A DNA stretch of 64,000 nucleotides from Podarcis melisellensis (Eukaryota), in the NCBI GenBank assembly GCA_964234715.1, contig OZ174277.1. One strand, written 5' to 3'. Positions 36,480 to 50,985 of the stretch are shown here, one piece after another. The position numbers and the translations under genes were made by a program. Each line of letters begins with the position of its first letter. Position 1 is the first letter of the stretch. Under the pieces are notes generated by a model. The model was given only the letters and a program-made list of their open reading frames with translations, ran no database searches and was not told where the DNA came from.

Positions 36480-37100
36480 CAACAAAGCATAAACAAAAAC
36501 AATACAACAAAGAAAAATGTTTCCTTTCAAAGATTTAAAAGAATCAACAAAAAAACTGAAAACATTCCTTGACTTCCTATCCTCTCTTTCCATGGTTCCT
36601 TTCAACCCCTCTCTTCCTTGTGTCTTTTTAGTTCACCCCATCTATTGCAACCACTTTTATATACTTTATTTATTTCTTACTCTGCTGAAAATGTTACTAT
36701 CCTGCTAGGTAAATTGTTTGCTTATACAGTGGTACCTCGGGTTACATACGCTTCAGGTTACATACGCTTCAGGTTACAAACTCCGCTAACCCAGAAATAG
36801 TACCTCGGGTTAAGAACTTAGCTTCAGGGTGATAACAGAAATCCTGCGGTGGCGGCATGGCGGCAGCAGTGGGAGGCCCCATTAGCTAAAGTGGTACCTC
36901 AGGTTAAGATCAGTTTCAGGTTAAGAATGGACCTCCAGAACGAAGTAAGTTCTTAACCCGAGGTACCACTGTAATAATTTTCTATATATTCTATAAATAG
37001 TATCTAGTCCTCGTTACATCTTTCATCATTTTGGTTTCTTATTCTAGCGGTCATTTCTGCTAACTCTGCATATTCTAACAGTTTAATATGCCAGTTGTTT
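36480..37100 (-). mobile_element. L1-clade 3' end (interrupted by the MITE at 36727-36971)
   Basis: The minus strand at 36975-37095 translates WHIKLLEYAELAEMTARIRN.., homologous to the 15473-16077 copy. Confidence 0.7.
36727..36971 (+). mobile_element. Tigger/pogo-like MITE
   Basis: TIR cagtggtacctcgggtta / taacccgaggtaccactg with TA TSD. Confidence 0.92.
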
Positions 37101-37469
37101 TTCGTTGGCTGTTTTTTTAAAAAAATATTTATTTGTTTTTCTTTGTTTCTTTGTTTATGCTTTGTTGATGGGGAATGTTATCAGAAAAGTAAATTTATTT
37201 ATTTTTATTAAATAAATAAATAAATAAATATGTTTGGCTTTGTAAACAAACTTATACTGACAAGGAGCTGAATTTGTGAATAGAGGAAGAGGACTAGGGA
37301 AGTAATAACTCTATTGGAGGCTTGTATATCTCCGCTTGGTAGAGCCCGGATTCTAATCTCTCATTCCAAAGGATTTTAAGTGCTCACAGACCCAGAGGAA
37401 CGTGACAGTCATCTGAGTCCAAAGATGCAGAGACCAAAGAAAGGCTAGACTGTGCTTCCAGTGGATGAC

Positions 37470-37980
37470 CACTGAAATACAGGCTGCATTTTCTACCATC
37501 TAAAGTTTCCAGACACTTTCCAAGGATAATGCAATGTAGAATGTGTTACTGAAGTCTAACCTGGAAGTTACCCATGCATGCATAACTGTGGTAAGATCTA
37601 CCTTCACCAAGAATGGTAGCCAGTGGCACACAAACCACAGGTATTCAAAAGAGCTTCTTTTCACAGCCAACAACACATGTTGACTCAGGCAAAAAGCCAG
37701 ATTCAAGAGTGTGCTGAAGCTAGGAACCTATTCCTGAAGGGATAGCATATGTAAGTTCCCACCCTGTTGACTTGTCAGTGTGTACATTTCAACCTTGTAT
37801 GGAATAGATGTTTAGAAGGCAGGAGCAGGACCATCCATGAAGAAGCTCCAGAAGAATACTATGGAAATGCTATCAAAAGCCATCAAGAGATCAAGGAGGA
37901 TCACACCTCCCGCATCTCTCATTTTAGGGCTGTCAGTTCAGCACTGACTATCTGGGACCAAATCTAGCTGCTGTTCACTG
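37470..37980 (-). pseudogene. Old L2-clade ORF2 relic
   Basis: VMHAWVTSRLDFSNTFYIALSLESVWKL resembles the L2 HALVTSRLDYCN motif. Confidence 0.6.
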
Positions 37981-40900
37981 ATACACTTTCTTTTCCATCA
38001 CCCACAACCTTAGCCCCCCATGCTACTGTGTTTTTAGAATTTAAGAACTCTTTAGACACTTACAGTTTGTTTCTGTGTAACTGCTTAGAAACAAATCTTA
38101 CTGGGTTCAGTGGGGATTACTCCCAGGTAAGCGTGTTTAGGGTTGCAGCTTGAGTCATGCATTTCTGATTCCCAAATGTCACGTTACAACTAATGGTAAA
38201 GGACCCAGGTGTTTTAGGTACAGGCCAGGTGCATGGCTGCCAGACACGAATGTTAGAAGAGAAAAGCAAATGCAAAAAGCCAACAAATCATTCTTGTAGA
38301 AAGCAACATTAATGGTTCCTACTCTTTCTTCAAAATATGGAAGCATTGTTTTTCATGCCAGACATGCTTTGTTTTTTTCTGTTGTGGTAAACCAGGAACA
38401 AACCCTTTAACCAAACATATTTTTTTCTAGCTTTATAACCAGAAGCCAGGAACAAAGGCATAAGGCATGATTCCAGAAGTGCATTGGAGTGATCATTCTG
38501 TGGTATTATGGCAGTGGACCAAATTGTATTGTGACTTTTGAATACATGTTTGGGTTTTTTTGTTTGTTTTTTTAAGAATTTAATCCAGAACAGATTTTGA
38601 GGGACAGTTGTAAATTATTCAGTTTTACCTTGAATCTAACATGGAATGAATTCAGGTGATTACATGTTACTTCAAATCCTTTGCACTTTGCAAAAATCTT
38701 TCATTGAACTTCTGTAGACTGATCATGTTAGTGTGCTTGTTTTGTTAAGGTATTAATGGGGAGACTGTGAGACCTTATTTTAATATAGTGAACTGTTATT
38801 GACAGGAATGAATATTTTAATGCTTCACACAGATTCCATGACAGTGATCTGCTAAATGAGTAAGGCCCCATGGGAAATGCAGAAACCCAATGCAAATTTT
38901 AAGTCTGATATGTAGTATGGCAGTGACAGTGATTTCTGGAGTCTGTCTCTGCAGGCTTCATTGCTTCATGTTTAACAACTTTTCAGAAGAGATTTATCTG
39001 CCAGATTCCTAGAGGTTCCTCACTGAACAGTTTCCTTTTTATCATTGACATGGCTATTTAAAACAAATGGCGAATATCAGTTCCTCCAAACAAATTGTCT
39101 TCTTTCGAGTTCCATAGGTATATCTCAAGTAGAAGCCAGTTTCAGGAACTTCACAATGTCCCATCTTTGAACTTCAAATTAAAAGACAAGCATTTCCCTC
39201 TCTGCATGCTAAAGAGGACACGCTTTAGAACAGCTTCCCATAATTGTTCTGGAACTGCATTTCCAGGCTGTATTTTTCAGAGAAGTCAACAATATTTCCT
39301 TTGTTGATGCAATTCCCACCAGGAACAAAACAGAAAGATCCTGTTTGCTCTTGTAGAGGTCACTGCTCTACATAAGAAAACAGACCCTCCGTAAAATAAT
39401 GTAACCTCATATTGTTTTCACACTTAAGTTATGGAATAGATCGTCAAAAAGCTAGCTAGACAGTTCCTGGATTCTAGGCTGCGTTTGCCTCTGTGGGTCG
39501 TCCACCACATCCCAAAGACCTTGCTTTGCTTTGTGTATAGTCTAAAACAGGCAGTCCCTTCAGAGAGTGTGGGAAGCTGACCACTTCCTCCTTCATGTGT
39601 TTTTGTAACTCAAGGGAGGTCACACTCCCAGGATCATTCAAATCCTTTGGAGAGCATGGAACCTGTGTGCCACCTGCATCATTTAATATGAGTGGTTCTC
39701 AATGTGGAGATGATACTTCTTCCATGCTTAGCTGAACTCCATGACTCTGTTGGGGCTACCTGCCCTTTCTGATCTAATGTAGGAAGTCCCTCTTGCCACC
39801 TGTGCAAGCTTTGTGGTTGTAACCCAGTCAAGAGCTTGTCTTGAATAGGAAAAGAGCCATTCCCTCATTCCCAGCTTAACCCACAGAGCTGCCACCATCA
39901 CATTATGTTTCTCCTTTCTCTTTCCACACTGTACAAAGGAAGGAGACTGATGGAAAGAGCATCTGTCTATTTGATGGCAGAGGGACCAGTTCTGCTCAGC
40001 AGGTTATGTATGAATCCTTTTCCTCCTTTGCTCTATTCAAAGTGGAGGTGAACTGGCATTCCTACCAGCTGAACCCACCCCTGTGTCATTCAGGATGCCC
40101 TGCGAGTTTGGGGCAAGGGACATTGCCTCATCTTTCTCCCATTTGGCTGGAAAGACAGTTAGGATGTGGAGATTAAATGGCTTTCTACTTTTTGAGTGGA
40201 GCGAGGAGGGGAGCAAGGAAATACACTCAAATTAATTTTGAAAGACTGTATGCCAGTTCTCTCCTACTATATTGAGATGTTGCTATAAGGATTACTGAGA
40301 TAATGAATGTCAAGTGCTTTGAAAACTAAGGGAAATGCTACATAAACTTTTAGAATGTTGTAAACATTCAGTAAGCTTTCAAAGTAGGAATAAACACTAG
40401 CTCTCAGAGTCCCCACGCCTTGCACTCTGAGGCCTGCAGAGATTTAGAGTTATACAACCCATAGCATAGACCCAAACAACCCTGAATTTAAACTTAAGGT
40501 TTCGGAGTTGCTCTGACTAAGCAGGATAGCAAAAGAGTATGTTGATTATTCATTCAAAGAGTCCAATGTCTTTGGGAATTTGTTGATAGATTCTGTCTGG
40601 ATTTTCCCTTAGGTGCTTTGAATAGGAATTCTTCTGACAGTTCTCAGCTGCTGGAAGATTATAAATCTGCACATTGCTTTCTCTGCTGCAAAATGAATAA
40701 AGAACCCTTATAAACACACTGGTGATGTAAGAATTGGCTCTGTCCTACTTTAAAAGAAATGCCAACCCTTCCCTAACCATAACTAGTAGAGACTGAAAAG
40801 ACCAATAGGAGAGACCGCATAAGGGTGTGCTCCCCTCTTTCTGATTGCACAGCATTGTTCTCCCATAGAAATGGCCAAGGGGAGCCACTACTAATGCAGG

Positions 40901-42329
40901 AGCACCAATGACTATTTCCGCATCAATGGCAGTGCAGGTCAGGTTCTAGCAGCAGAACAAGGGTACCGGTGATGATGTACTCATGCTAAGACTTCACAAT
41001 TCCATTCATTCCTTCTATTTACATATGGCATGCTTCAGCAAAGAGCAGTGGCTGGGTTCCACATCATTATTTCAGTTGTGACCAAAGTAGTTGCCTGGTG
41101 TCAAACAGGCAGACGTCAAGTTTCAAGACACCAAATGACAACCAAGAGGACCAAAAGCAGGTGCCTCATCAAAGCCAGATACAAGTCAAGTTCCAGAGGA
41201 GCAACCAAGGAATGGACACAGATGCTTAGTCAGGCAGTATGCTCATCCATGAGACAAGTTGCTCAGCTTCACAGTGCCCAGTATACAAAGAGTGCTCAGG
41301 CAGGCAAGTCCTGCAGCCTAGGTGGCACCCTCAAAGTTAATTGTGTTGCTAGGCTCATATATTAGGCACTTGGGCCATGGAAGGTAAGGTGCTAGAGAAG
41401 GGTGGAGAAGCTTTTTGGCTCCATGGACCAGAGCTTTTTCAGATCCTAGCCTTGCAGGACAAATTTGATAGGTGGGAATGTGCTTTTAAGTCCTGAAGTT
41501 GGGAGTTCAAAGCAGCACATAGTACTTGCAAAGAGTGAGCCTTGTGTCATGCTTTAAAGTACCTGAGACATCAACCATACCACTCATCAGGTGATGGGCG
41601 ATAGAGCTAAATGTTGCTTTCTGCAGGCATCAATATCACAATATTCTACTCTTCATTTAGACAGATCAGGTTTGCATTCAAAAAACACTAAGTGGAATAT
41701 TTCTTCAGCACAAGGTTTTCTCCATGCACAATGGAATGTTCTCCCCCTCTCCTTCTACCTCCTCCAATCTGTTCTGGGCTTTTCCTTAGCCATCCAGAGC
41801 AAATTTGGGGCATGAACAGGGGTGGGGGGGGAGAAGGAAAGTCCCCTTGTACTAGTGGACCTCATTCTACCTGCACAATTATTTACTTGAATCCAATACA
41901 ATGAACTACTGACTGAACAATATTTATTTGTTTGTTGAATTTATATTCCATCCTTCATCACACGGTGATCTCAGGGTGGGTTTCAATAAAACCAGAACAT
42001 ACAGTAACAACCATTAAATAACAGCAACAACAAAAATTAAGTTCACAGCATATAATAATGAATTTCTTCGTCAATACACCTCCACCTAGTACACCTTCTT
42101 ATGACCCCTTCCTACCAAAGACCTGGATTAAAATTATTATTATTTATTAAATTTGTTACTCAAAGCAACCCAAAGCAATAAATAGATATGCTTTTCACTG
42201 GCACCTAAAAAATGTAATCACCAAGAGTTCAAGGAGACTGAATGCGGTGGCACTTCCTCTGTCCCTCTCCAACTAAAGGTGATCAACCAGGGTGACCAAA
42301 CTCATTTTGGTGTCAAACTCCAAATGGAA

Positions 42330-42500
42330 GAGGAATATCTCAGTCATAGAACATCTGCTTTGCTTGCATATTCCCAGTCTAAAACCTAGAGATTTTCCAG
42401 ACATGTCAGAAATCTGTTGCCAGGCAACTTAGTCAGGGCTAAAATACTGAGCTGGATGGGCCAACAGTTGGACTCGGTATAAGGTAGCTTCCTATGTTTC
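42330..42500 (+). mobile_element. Decayed tRNA-derived squamate SINE (another copy at ~14395-14515, minus)
   Basis: ctcagt..tagaacatctgctttgc head and atactgagct.gatggg.caa...ataagg.agcttcctatgtt tail. Confidence 0.5.
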
Positions 42501-43585
42501 TGAAGCTAGATAGAAATGGGACCAGATAATCATAAAATCAGACTTCAGGTACTCTGAATTCATGCAAGTGGCTGATATATTGGAATTCATCATTTAGCAT
42601 ATATTTTTATTTGCTTTATGGATTGCTCCTGCAAAACAACACTTAAGTTATTCATATTCTTATTATTTTCTCCTGCCCTTTAATGATATAGGGCATACCT
42701 GATGTGCCCTAAATAAGACTCAATTAAAAGCACTCATTCTTTTCATGTAATGTCCCCAGTCGATTGTGCCCACTTTATTAGCAGGCTTTCATAGATATAT
42801 TTTGATTGTTCCAGGGCAATAAGCAAAGGGTTGCCTAAATAAAAGAACATGTCTGGTTTGACTTTAAAGAATACACATGCAGTCTTAAACTTGTGGTGGA
42901 TCTGGGATTCATTAATAACTTCACAAATTCCCAGCGGTAGTCCAAATGTTAATGAGTAACAGATAATATGACCACACAAATCACAGCAAGCCAAAAGCAA
43001 GCACTTTATTTGCAAAAATACTTGTGTATTTATTGATTATATTATCTGAGCAACTCTACCGCAAGGAGACACTTCAGTTCCCATAACTAAACCCATGCCA
43101 ATTTGTGGCTATTGAACATTAAAAGAATATAAATATGCAATGGCTGTCTGGGACTAGTGCTTTTTTTAGAAAACAATTCTTCTCTGAGTATTAGGACTGA
43201 AGGATGGCTCCATGTTGCCCATGGATCTCTCACTACTTGAGAGACCTGTGAATTCCCACATAACACTTAGAATGAAGAAAGTGGGTGATTGTGCTACTAA
43301 ATTTTCACAGCCCTGTAACTTTAACAATAGGCTAGTATCATGGGAGTTAAGCCCAAAAAGGTGGGGGAAACAATTTCAATTGTTTATTATTAATGTTATT
43401 AAAATGTTACATTTGTGGATCTTTACAGCTTCTCCCTTAGAAATGTGACTTTTTGTATCTCTCATTCACTCATTCAGATACTCACACACTCCATGCCTGT
43501 GCGTACGACAGGGATGAGGAACCTGTCGCCCTCCAGATGTTGTAAGACTAATGGCCAATAATCATGGATGGTGGAAGTTGCAGTC

Positions 43586-44019
43586 TGATGTATAGACGTG
43601 AGAGCAGGATCATAAAGAAGGCTGATCGCTGAAGAATTGATGCTTTTGAATTATGGTGCTGGAGGAGGCTCCTGAGAGTCCCATGGACTGCAAGAAGATC
43701 AAACCTATCTATTCCTAAGGAAATCAGCCCTGAGTGCTCACTGGAAGGACAAATTCTGAAGCTGAGGCTCCAATACTTTGGCCACCTCATGAGAAAAGAA
43801 GACTCCCTGGAAAAGACCCTGCTGCTGGGAAAGATTGAGGGCACAAGGAGAAGGGGACGACAGAGGAGGAGACGGTTGGACAGTGTTCTCGAAGCTACCA
43901 GCATGAGTTTGACCAAACTGCGGGAGGCAGTGGAAGACAGGAGTGCCTGGTGCGCTCTGGTCCATGGGGTCATGAAGAGTCGGACACGACTAAACGACTA
44001 AACAACAACAACAACAACA
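43586..44019 (+). mobile_element. BovB 3' fragment nested in a hAT-like MITE (43509-44048)
   Basis: Highly similar to 9900-10353; (CAA)n tail; MITE halves on both sides. Confidence 0.9.
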
Positions 44020-44271
44020 TCTGGAGGGCCACAGATTTCCTGGCCCTGCTCTAAGGTGAAAGATTTAGAGGTGGCAGAGTGAAGCTATCATACCCTCTCA
44101 TGGACCATGTGTGATTATTCCCCAGAAACATCAGTATTTTTGGACCACTCATTGGGTCTAAATACTAAATGACTATTGTTGTGGAAGACACCCTTTGTCA
44201 AAGGTACAATGCCTTTGCTTTAAAAAAAAAGAATGTTTGTTGACCTGACTTAATAACATTCCTGCAGTTAT

Positions 44272-44308
44272 TCTGGGAAACCCAGCCAGATTGGTGGGGT
44301 ATAAATAA

Positions 44309-44365
<57 letters not shown>
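44272..44365 (+). repeat. L2 tail with (ATT)n microsatellite
   Basis: gggaaacccagccagattggtggggtataaataaa followed by (TTA)n. Confidence 0.8.
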
Positions 44366-44452
44366 TAAGAGTAACTACAGCACATCTCTTTAACTTCAAA
44401 GCAATGTATTATTGAATATATTTCTTAAACCAAGTTTGGAATTTTGTCCCCT

Positions 44453-44617
44453 NNNNNNNNNNNNNNNNNNNNNNNNNNNNNNNNNNNNNNNNNNNNNNNN
44501 NNNNNNNNNNNNNNNNNNNNNNNNNNNNNNNNNNNNNNNNNNNNNNNNNNNNNNNNNNNNNNNNNNNNNNNNNNNNNNNNNNNNNNNNNNNNNNNNNNNN
44601 NNNNNNNNNNNNNNNNN
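44453..44617. other. Assembly gap
   Basis: 165 N. Confidence 1.
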
Positions 44618-46790
44618 AGCCACCATTCTACCATCAGCCACCTAGAAAACACTGCAATGCATTGTGCAGATGTTTGAGTCCGAACATCTTTTGTTGCCAG
44701 TAACTTTTAACATTTAGCCTCATTTCACACATGATTGGCTTTAGACAAATGGCCAGAGAATGTTGTTATTTACTAGCATAAAGAGAGGTTTCGTTCTTGC
44801 TGTGGAGTCACAGGAAAGAATGCCACAATTTCTCTCAGCAGGACATCTGCTACATCTGCAGCCTAACGGATGCAATTTGAAGCATTTTCAAGTGGTTGCT
44901 TCACAGCCTCTTCCAAGGATATGATTATCTGACTCACTTTATAAAAACATGAGCAGGTAATGGAAAAAATAAGCTCCCCCCAGAATCTTCACAAATTTAG
45001 CTTTGACTTGCCAGATAAGTCAGACGAGGGTAGCCGATGGTTCTCAAATGCTCAGTGAGTTAGGGACTTCCCCTGCATGCAAATACAGGCTCTGGCAGAT
45101 TGAGTGAACGATATCAATAGTGGGTCCAATGGAGCAAATGGGGCTTGTCAGCCTGGGAAAGTAGCCCATCTAGGAGAAGGAAAACTCTGCAGGGCAGGTG
45201 TGCAAACTTGAATAAAATATTGTGGGTGCCCAGGTAAGGCCTGCCTCACATAACTGATCACATGATACAGTGCACACACAACATTGAATGGGAATGCCCA
45301 TAAACTCTGTAGGGGCCCGGCCCCCTCAAATATTTTTTTGAGAGAGCTGAAGTCCCTACGGTCCCCAGGAATTGGCTCCTGTGCTGCAGAATATCTCTGG
45401 GGGAAGAAAAGGCTAAGGAGCAAACCCTACACAAATCCAGAGTGGAGTCCCTAAGACATTTGGATGGCACCTTGCATACCTCCTTCCAGCAACTCCTGTA
45501 GTCAAGTTGGTGCCAGATGTCTTCCTCTGCTTTTCTTTGGACCACATCAGTGATGCCAAGAGGGGGGTCGTTATCTGGGCAGCCCAAGGCCTCCGTATAC
45601 ACTGCCCTGGCTTGCACCACAGAGAGGTCACTTGGGTGCTGCTAACACAGCGGTTTGACTTCACCCCTGGAGGTGCACTCCATTGTCTCTCAGGACAGAA
45701 GAACTAGATTACAGTCTCAGTGAGCTCACCGGGGAGGAGGGGAGATTTCAAGCAGGTGCCTGGCTCTAATTTACAAGCACTGTTCTGCACCATCTGGTTA
45801 GTGGATCTTAAGTGCATCTTGCCATCCATACATCTCTTGATTCATGCTAAATATTACTGCGGTTTTGAGAACTGTAGCCATAGATGTTTTAAAAAATCAT
45901 ACTCAATCTTCTCCCTTGCCTTCTTTCTTTTCCTGCAGTAAATATCCCTATCATTTCAAAGCCAAAATAACATAGTAAAAGAAGATAGGAAATGACAAGT
46001 GAATGTTAATCTCTCCAGCAGTAATGAGCCTATGCCTGTATTTCTCTACAGACAGCTAGTTTATCAGGGGGGAAATGTTTTATGGCCTTAGGCAAACTGT
46101 ATGCAATAAATCAACTTGAGGCACAAATTCAGACTGAAGATTTGTGCAAACAACTCCTATTTAAGTCAACAGACCCATACCCTTTGGCCACACTGAAACC
46201 CTTTAAAATATTTAACACAGAAACAAAGCAGCAGGAGTCCAAGAATATATTAAGAGATTTCTCTGAAAGTAAATTACAGCAGAGGAATGTGCTGGACTTT
46301 AGGTTTGCAACCTAACTTAGCCTTAAGGTTAACAATGATTTCACTGAGATGTTGGTTCCTTGTTACTCCCATTTGTCAGACTGGGAAAGCTGAGGCTGAG
46401 ACAACGAATTACCAAAAGCTACTCAGAGAGTCCTTGTATGAATAATGCAGAAGAACACTTCAGTCCTGGACTCCTAGCTGCTATTTCTCACTCTGAAGCC
46501 CAGATATTCTCTCTTTGTGTTTTGTGGGTGATATGAAGACAGGCAGATATAGTCCCAAATCTACTTTAGAAAAAGACCCCCAGCATTAGTCTTTCAAAAA
46601 TTTTAAACCCACGAACATTTCCTGCTTTTTCTGTTCTTGTTGTTGCTTTTCTGCATGAAAAACAAGAGAGGCATCCAGTTGGCTCATTTTCCATCAGCAC
46701 TGTGGCACTGCAGAGGGCTCTCCCACCTGCCTTTGCTGTGGGATCTCTGGTATGGAGGCATGGCAACCACTATTTTGGCACCCCCATAAG

Positions 46791-46920
46791 CAGTGCTATT
46801 TTTCTAGAGGTGCTGGAACTCACCACAAGCACCTCCCTCATTCTCTTGTAAGGGCAATGGTGCCCACCTGAGATGTGCCGGAACTGAGTTCCTGTGAGTT
46901 CCCCCTGAAGAAAAGCCCTG
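46791..46920. mobile_element. hAT-like MITE
   Basis: Imperfect TIR cagtgctatttt / aaaagccctg; 8-bp TSD cccataag / cccataat. Confidence 0.65.
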
Positions 46921-49900
46921 CCCATAATGCCCTGTAGTGAGGCTGCATCAGGGCATTGTGGGAATTTCAAAATGGCAAGTGGCTCGCAGGTGCTTGCTGC
47001 AGATTGTAGTGCAGCTGCCACCACCAGTGGAGTGGGGGCGACACTGGGTAGGTCCACTGGATGCCTGTTGCCAGGGTCCCCCTCACACCTGGTACCCGCC
47101 TTGGTACCTATGCACACCAGGACACAACCGTATACATTCAAGCAGAAGAAACTCACAAGACAGCTGTTGGCATCCACCTAATTCTTGCACAGTATGGGAT
47201 GAAATACCTCCTTAGGAAATCCAGATTCTGAGCAGGTCTTTGTTAAGTATTAAAATTCTTGCCTTAGGTAACCATTCAAAGACTCTGAATGGGTTCTTGC
47301 CAGCCCTGCTTTCCTCCTGGCATGGAAGGGTCTGACTCTGTATAGTGAGCAACAGGTGGCCAAGAGGGATCCATCCTCAGGGCTGGAAGTGACATGCCAA
47401 AGTAAGCATCATTTAAACATAACCAATGACAACTGTGAAGCCCCCTCCCTACCCCCCACCCCAATTCTCAGCACTTTCAGATTGTTCCTCTAGCTTTCCA
47501 ATAAAGGTCATAGCCTCTCTGAAATTCTTTTTTGCTACTCTTGCTTTTTAAGGTGTGTGGGAAAAGCCCCTGCCCTCCCGCATGGGAAAGGGTAACTAAA
47601 TTAAGTCTGAGACATGCCAGGTTTTGTTGGATATCACTTGAATGGCATCTCTGCATATTGCAAAGCTGTGCATCTGCAGCCATTTCCCTAATTTGTGTCT
47701 TGTGAACACAGGAAGAAAGAAAAATAACAGAGATAAGAAGCAGAAGGCAGGCAAGGCTTCAAGCTTTGCAAGCTAGATAGATAGAACAGGTGGCACCAGC
47801 TTAGAAGAAAACAAGATCTGAGTGAGGTTAAAAGCCTGAATCCAGTTAATGAGAGAGCATTGACCCAGACATATTATTTGTCTTGGATGCTCAACCAAGG
47901 ATTTATGAGGTTTGGTCAGGAGAGAGCCAATGTAACAAACACAACTGCTAAAGGTTACCTTGATGCCCTTGGCACAATTTCAGGGACCTTCCTTTGTGAA
48001 GGAGATATATCTCAATGAACAGGCAATTCTTGAAGGAGAGCCATTGAGAAATCAGGGCTCAAGCCCCCCTTCCTCTCCCCTGGCTATGGATGAGTGTGAA
48101 AGAAGAAAAGCCAGGCTTACCCTGCACAGAGCCCTGATTTTGTTCTCTCAGAGAACCCACCCCAAAACCTAATGGAGGAGCAAGATCTGTTGGAGTGTTA
48201 GTGCTGTGAGCCCTTCTCATGTTATGCTTATCCTGCATATAAAATCATATATCACAAAGACACCACAGAGACCTTCATTCAGAGGAAACTGCACTCGAGG
48301 GGTGCACTGGCACCCCTGAAATTTCCCGCCGCTTGTGGGTTTGGTGTGGTCATAACTCACTATTACTTTCATTCCCTGACATAGGGTTCCCTCCGGGGAG
48401 AGAGAGAAATGCCTAATCTGTTGCTAGTTATACAGTACATGTTTGTGTTACTTGTAGGAACTGAACCGAACTGTTTGTAATTTTGTGGCACTGCTGCTCT
48501 GCGCGCATACCCTTGGGGAAAGGACAGTAGCTTCAAGGTGTTATCGCTGCGCTTGCCAGTTCAAACAATACAATGCTGAAAGGTTTCAAGGTCCTTGGTA
48601 TACAGATAAGGCCAGACCAATTTGTTTCCTTTTTGGCAGTTTTGCAGCAACGGATGATAGGGAGCGCAAGGTCGTCCATGCTAAGCGTGGCCATCCGCAG
48701 AGAAGCTCTGAGAGGCAGGGTTTTCTCCTCTCTTTCCCCAGCATTTTGTTGGTTCAGATAAGCTACACAGGACACTCAGAGACTATACTTTGTCCTACTA
48801 GAATTAAAAGTCTGCTGCTCTCTCTCTGTTGCAGTTAACGTAGAACATCACTTCCATCGATTTACACAAATAATGTTTAGGTATGATGGCTAACTCCTGG
48901 AATCCTTGGTTATTCTGGCAGATTCTGGCAGTCGGCTAATTAATAATGTCTACAGGAAAAGCTATGAAACCTTTACAGCTTCTAAATTATTGGAAATGTG
49001 TAGTCATCACATATATGACCAAAAGCCCTTTGCTGAAAAGGTTCCCTTCCCCAAAAATGCATCCATCACACAGTTATAAATGTTACACAGTGAACATTCA
49101 TCCTGATTTGCTTACAGGGGATTTATATAACCATTCACCCATTTCACACTTTTCTGTCCATTTCCCTGTCACTTTCCTAACCAAACAAAGTCCATTCCTT
49201 TTCAAAGTGGGAATTATTATTTTTTGTGCACCTGTCTCTTCTTGCCACACACCTCACCTCAGATGGCTAGGAAGAAGGGCCTCCAAAGAAGATCTTCATG
49301 CAGGCAGGAGAACCAAATTGGCATTTTTACACAATCAGGAACCAAAGTCATCAAATAATAAGCTCAACACTGGGCTACTGAGGAGCCAATCTGGATGGTG
49401 TTTATAAGGGACCAAAAGCTGTTCCTAGTGATGATGTCCCCACTTGCTACTCAAAGTAGCACCACCCACATCTGGCTATTTGTGCAAGTTTCTAATTCCT
49501 TTCCTCATGTTGTCCAGATGATCCAGGATTGGGAAGTATTTGGCTTTCAACCCAGGTTGCCTCAGCTGAACTGCTTTTTTCAAAAAAAGGGCAGATGATT
49601 ATGATTATTTTAAGTGAGTAAATACTACGGTTTCTTATTGAGTTCACCTGAGTCATTTAACTTTGGCTCTGTTGTTTACAGAGTATGGAGATTTGGTAGA
49701 ATTGACTGAAGAAGAAAATTGCATCAAGGACCACATACTGTCAAGAACTGCCCACCAAAAGATTTCATTTCAACTCATTAGCCCCCAGGCCTCCTTCTCT
49801 GGCTTTCAGGATACTGTTGGTTGAATATTAAATGTACCTGCCATGGGTAAATTTTATGCCAGGGGAGATGATGTCTAAGAAGCCCCAAATCTTTCTTGGT

Positions 49901-50405
49901 GGGAGAGAGAAGTGTGACTTTATGGTGTTTAGGAATGTGGGTCCCCCCCTTAAGAATGTGTGCTAATGGATAACAGGATAGAAGCATACAGTGCTTCTGG
50001 AAACAATTATTAGAAGAATTCTGAAAAAGGCTTGGAAGCAAGGGCATTCTTCATCGCTGATATCTCTAAAGCAGAGGAAATTGTGGCCCTTCAGATGTTA
50101 TGGGACTCCCATCATCCCTGACCTTTCGCTATGCTGGTTGGGAATGATGGGACTAGAAAATAGAGTCATAGAATTATAGAGATGGAATATAACAGGATTT
50201 ATTTCTGAGTAAACATGCACAGGTTTGCACTGCACGCACCTTGCTACTAATGACCAGACAATCAAAGATTAAGGTGTACCGGCATTTCGCCACACATGTC
50301 TAGCATAACTTTAGTCACTTGCCCATCAGTCAATTCAAATAACAAGATTCCAAAGGATCATTTGGGGGTATGTGTGTGGAACTGAGTTCTGATGCTTTTG
50401 CAGTA

Positions 50406-50619
50406 CAGTGGTACCTCGGCTTAAGTACTTAATTCATTCCAGAGGTCCGTTCTTAACCTGAAGTACCACTTTAGCTACTGGGGTTTCCTGCTGCCGCCGC
50501 GCGATTTCTGTTCTCATCCTGAAGTAAAGTCCTTAACCTAAGGTACTATTTCTGGGTTAGCGGAGTCTGTAACCTGAAGCATATGTAACCTGAAGCGTAT
50601 GTAACCCGAGGTACCACTG
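50406..50619 (-). mobile_element. Tigger/pogo-like MITE (opposite orientation)
   Basis: Same TIRs and TA TSD as 36727-36971. Confidence 0.92.
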
Positions 50620-50985
50620 TACTTATTCTGTGAATACTGTTCCCAAAGAGTATCATGGCCTAATGATCAGTGAACTGAACGTGATGCTGAAAGATCCAAT
50701 AGGATCGAGTAAGGTATAATGGTTATCTATAAGTGGAGGTGGTTGAAACCACAAATAGAGTTTAAAAATCACATGGCAAGTTGCAGAAAGTGATGCAATC
50801 AAAGCTGCATAGTAACACCTTAAATGCAGTGCTACATATTGTATTTGAAGCAGTTACATTGTGTAATGCACACTCATGGTTTAAAAGCAACAACAACAAG
50901 CTGAACCAAACTTTAAAACACAATTCTGAAAATACTGGGAAAGTCCAGGCAGAAAAAAACTCATGTCAACTGCCTTTTACTAGTA

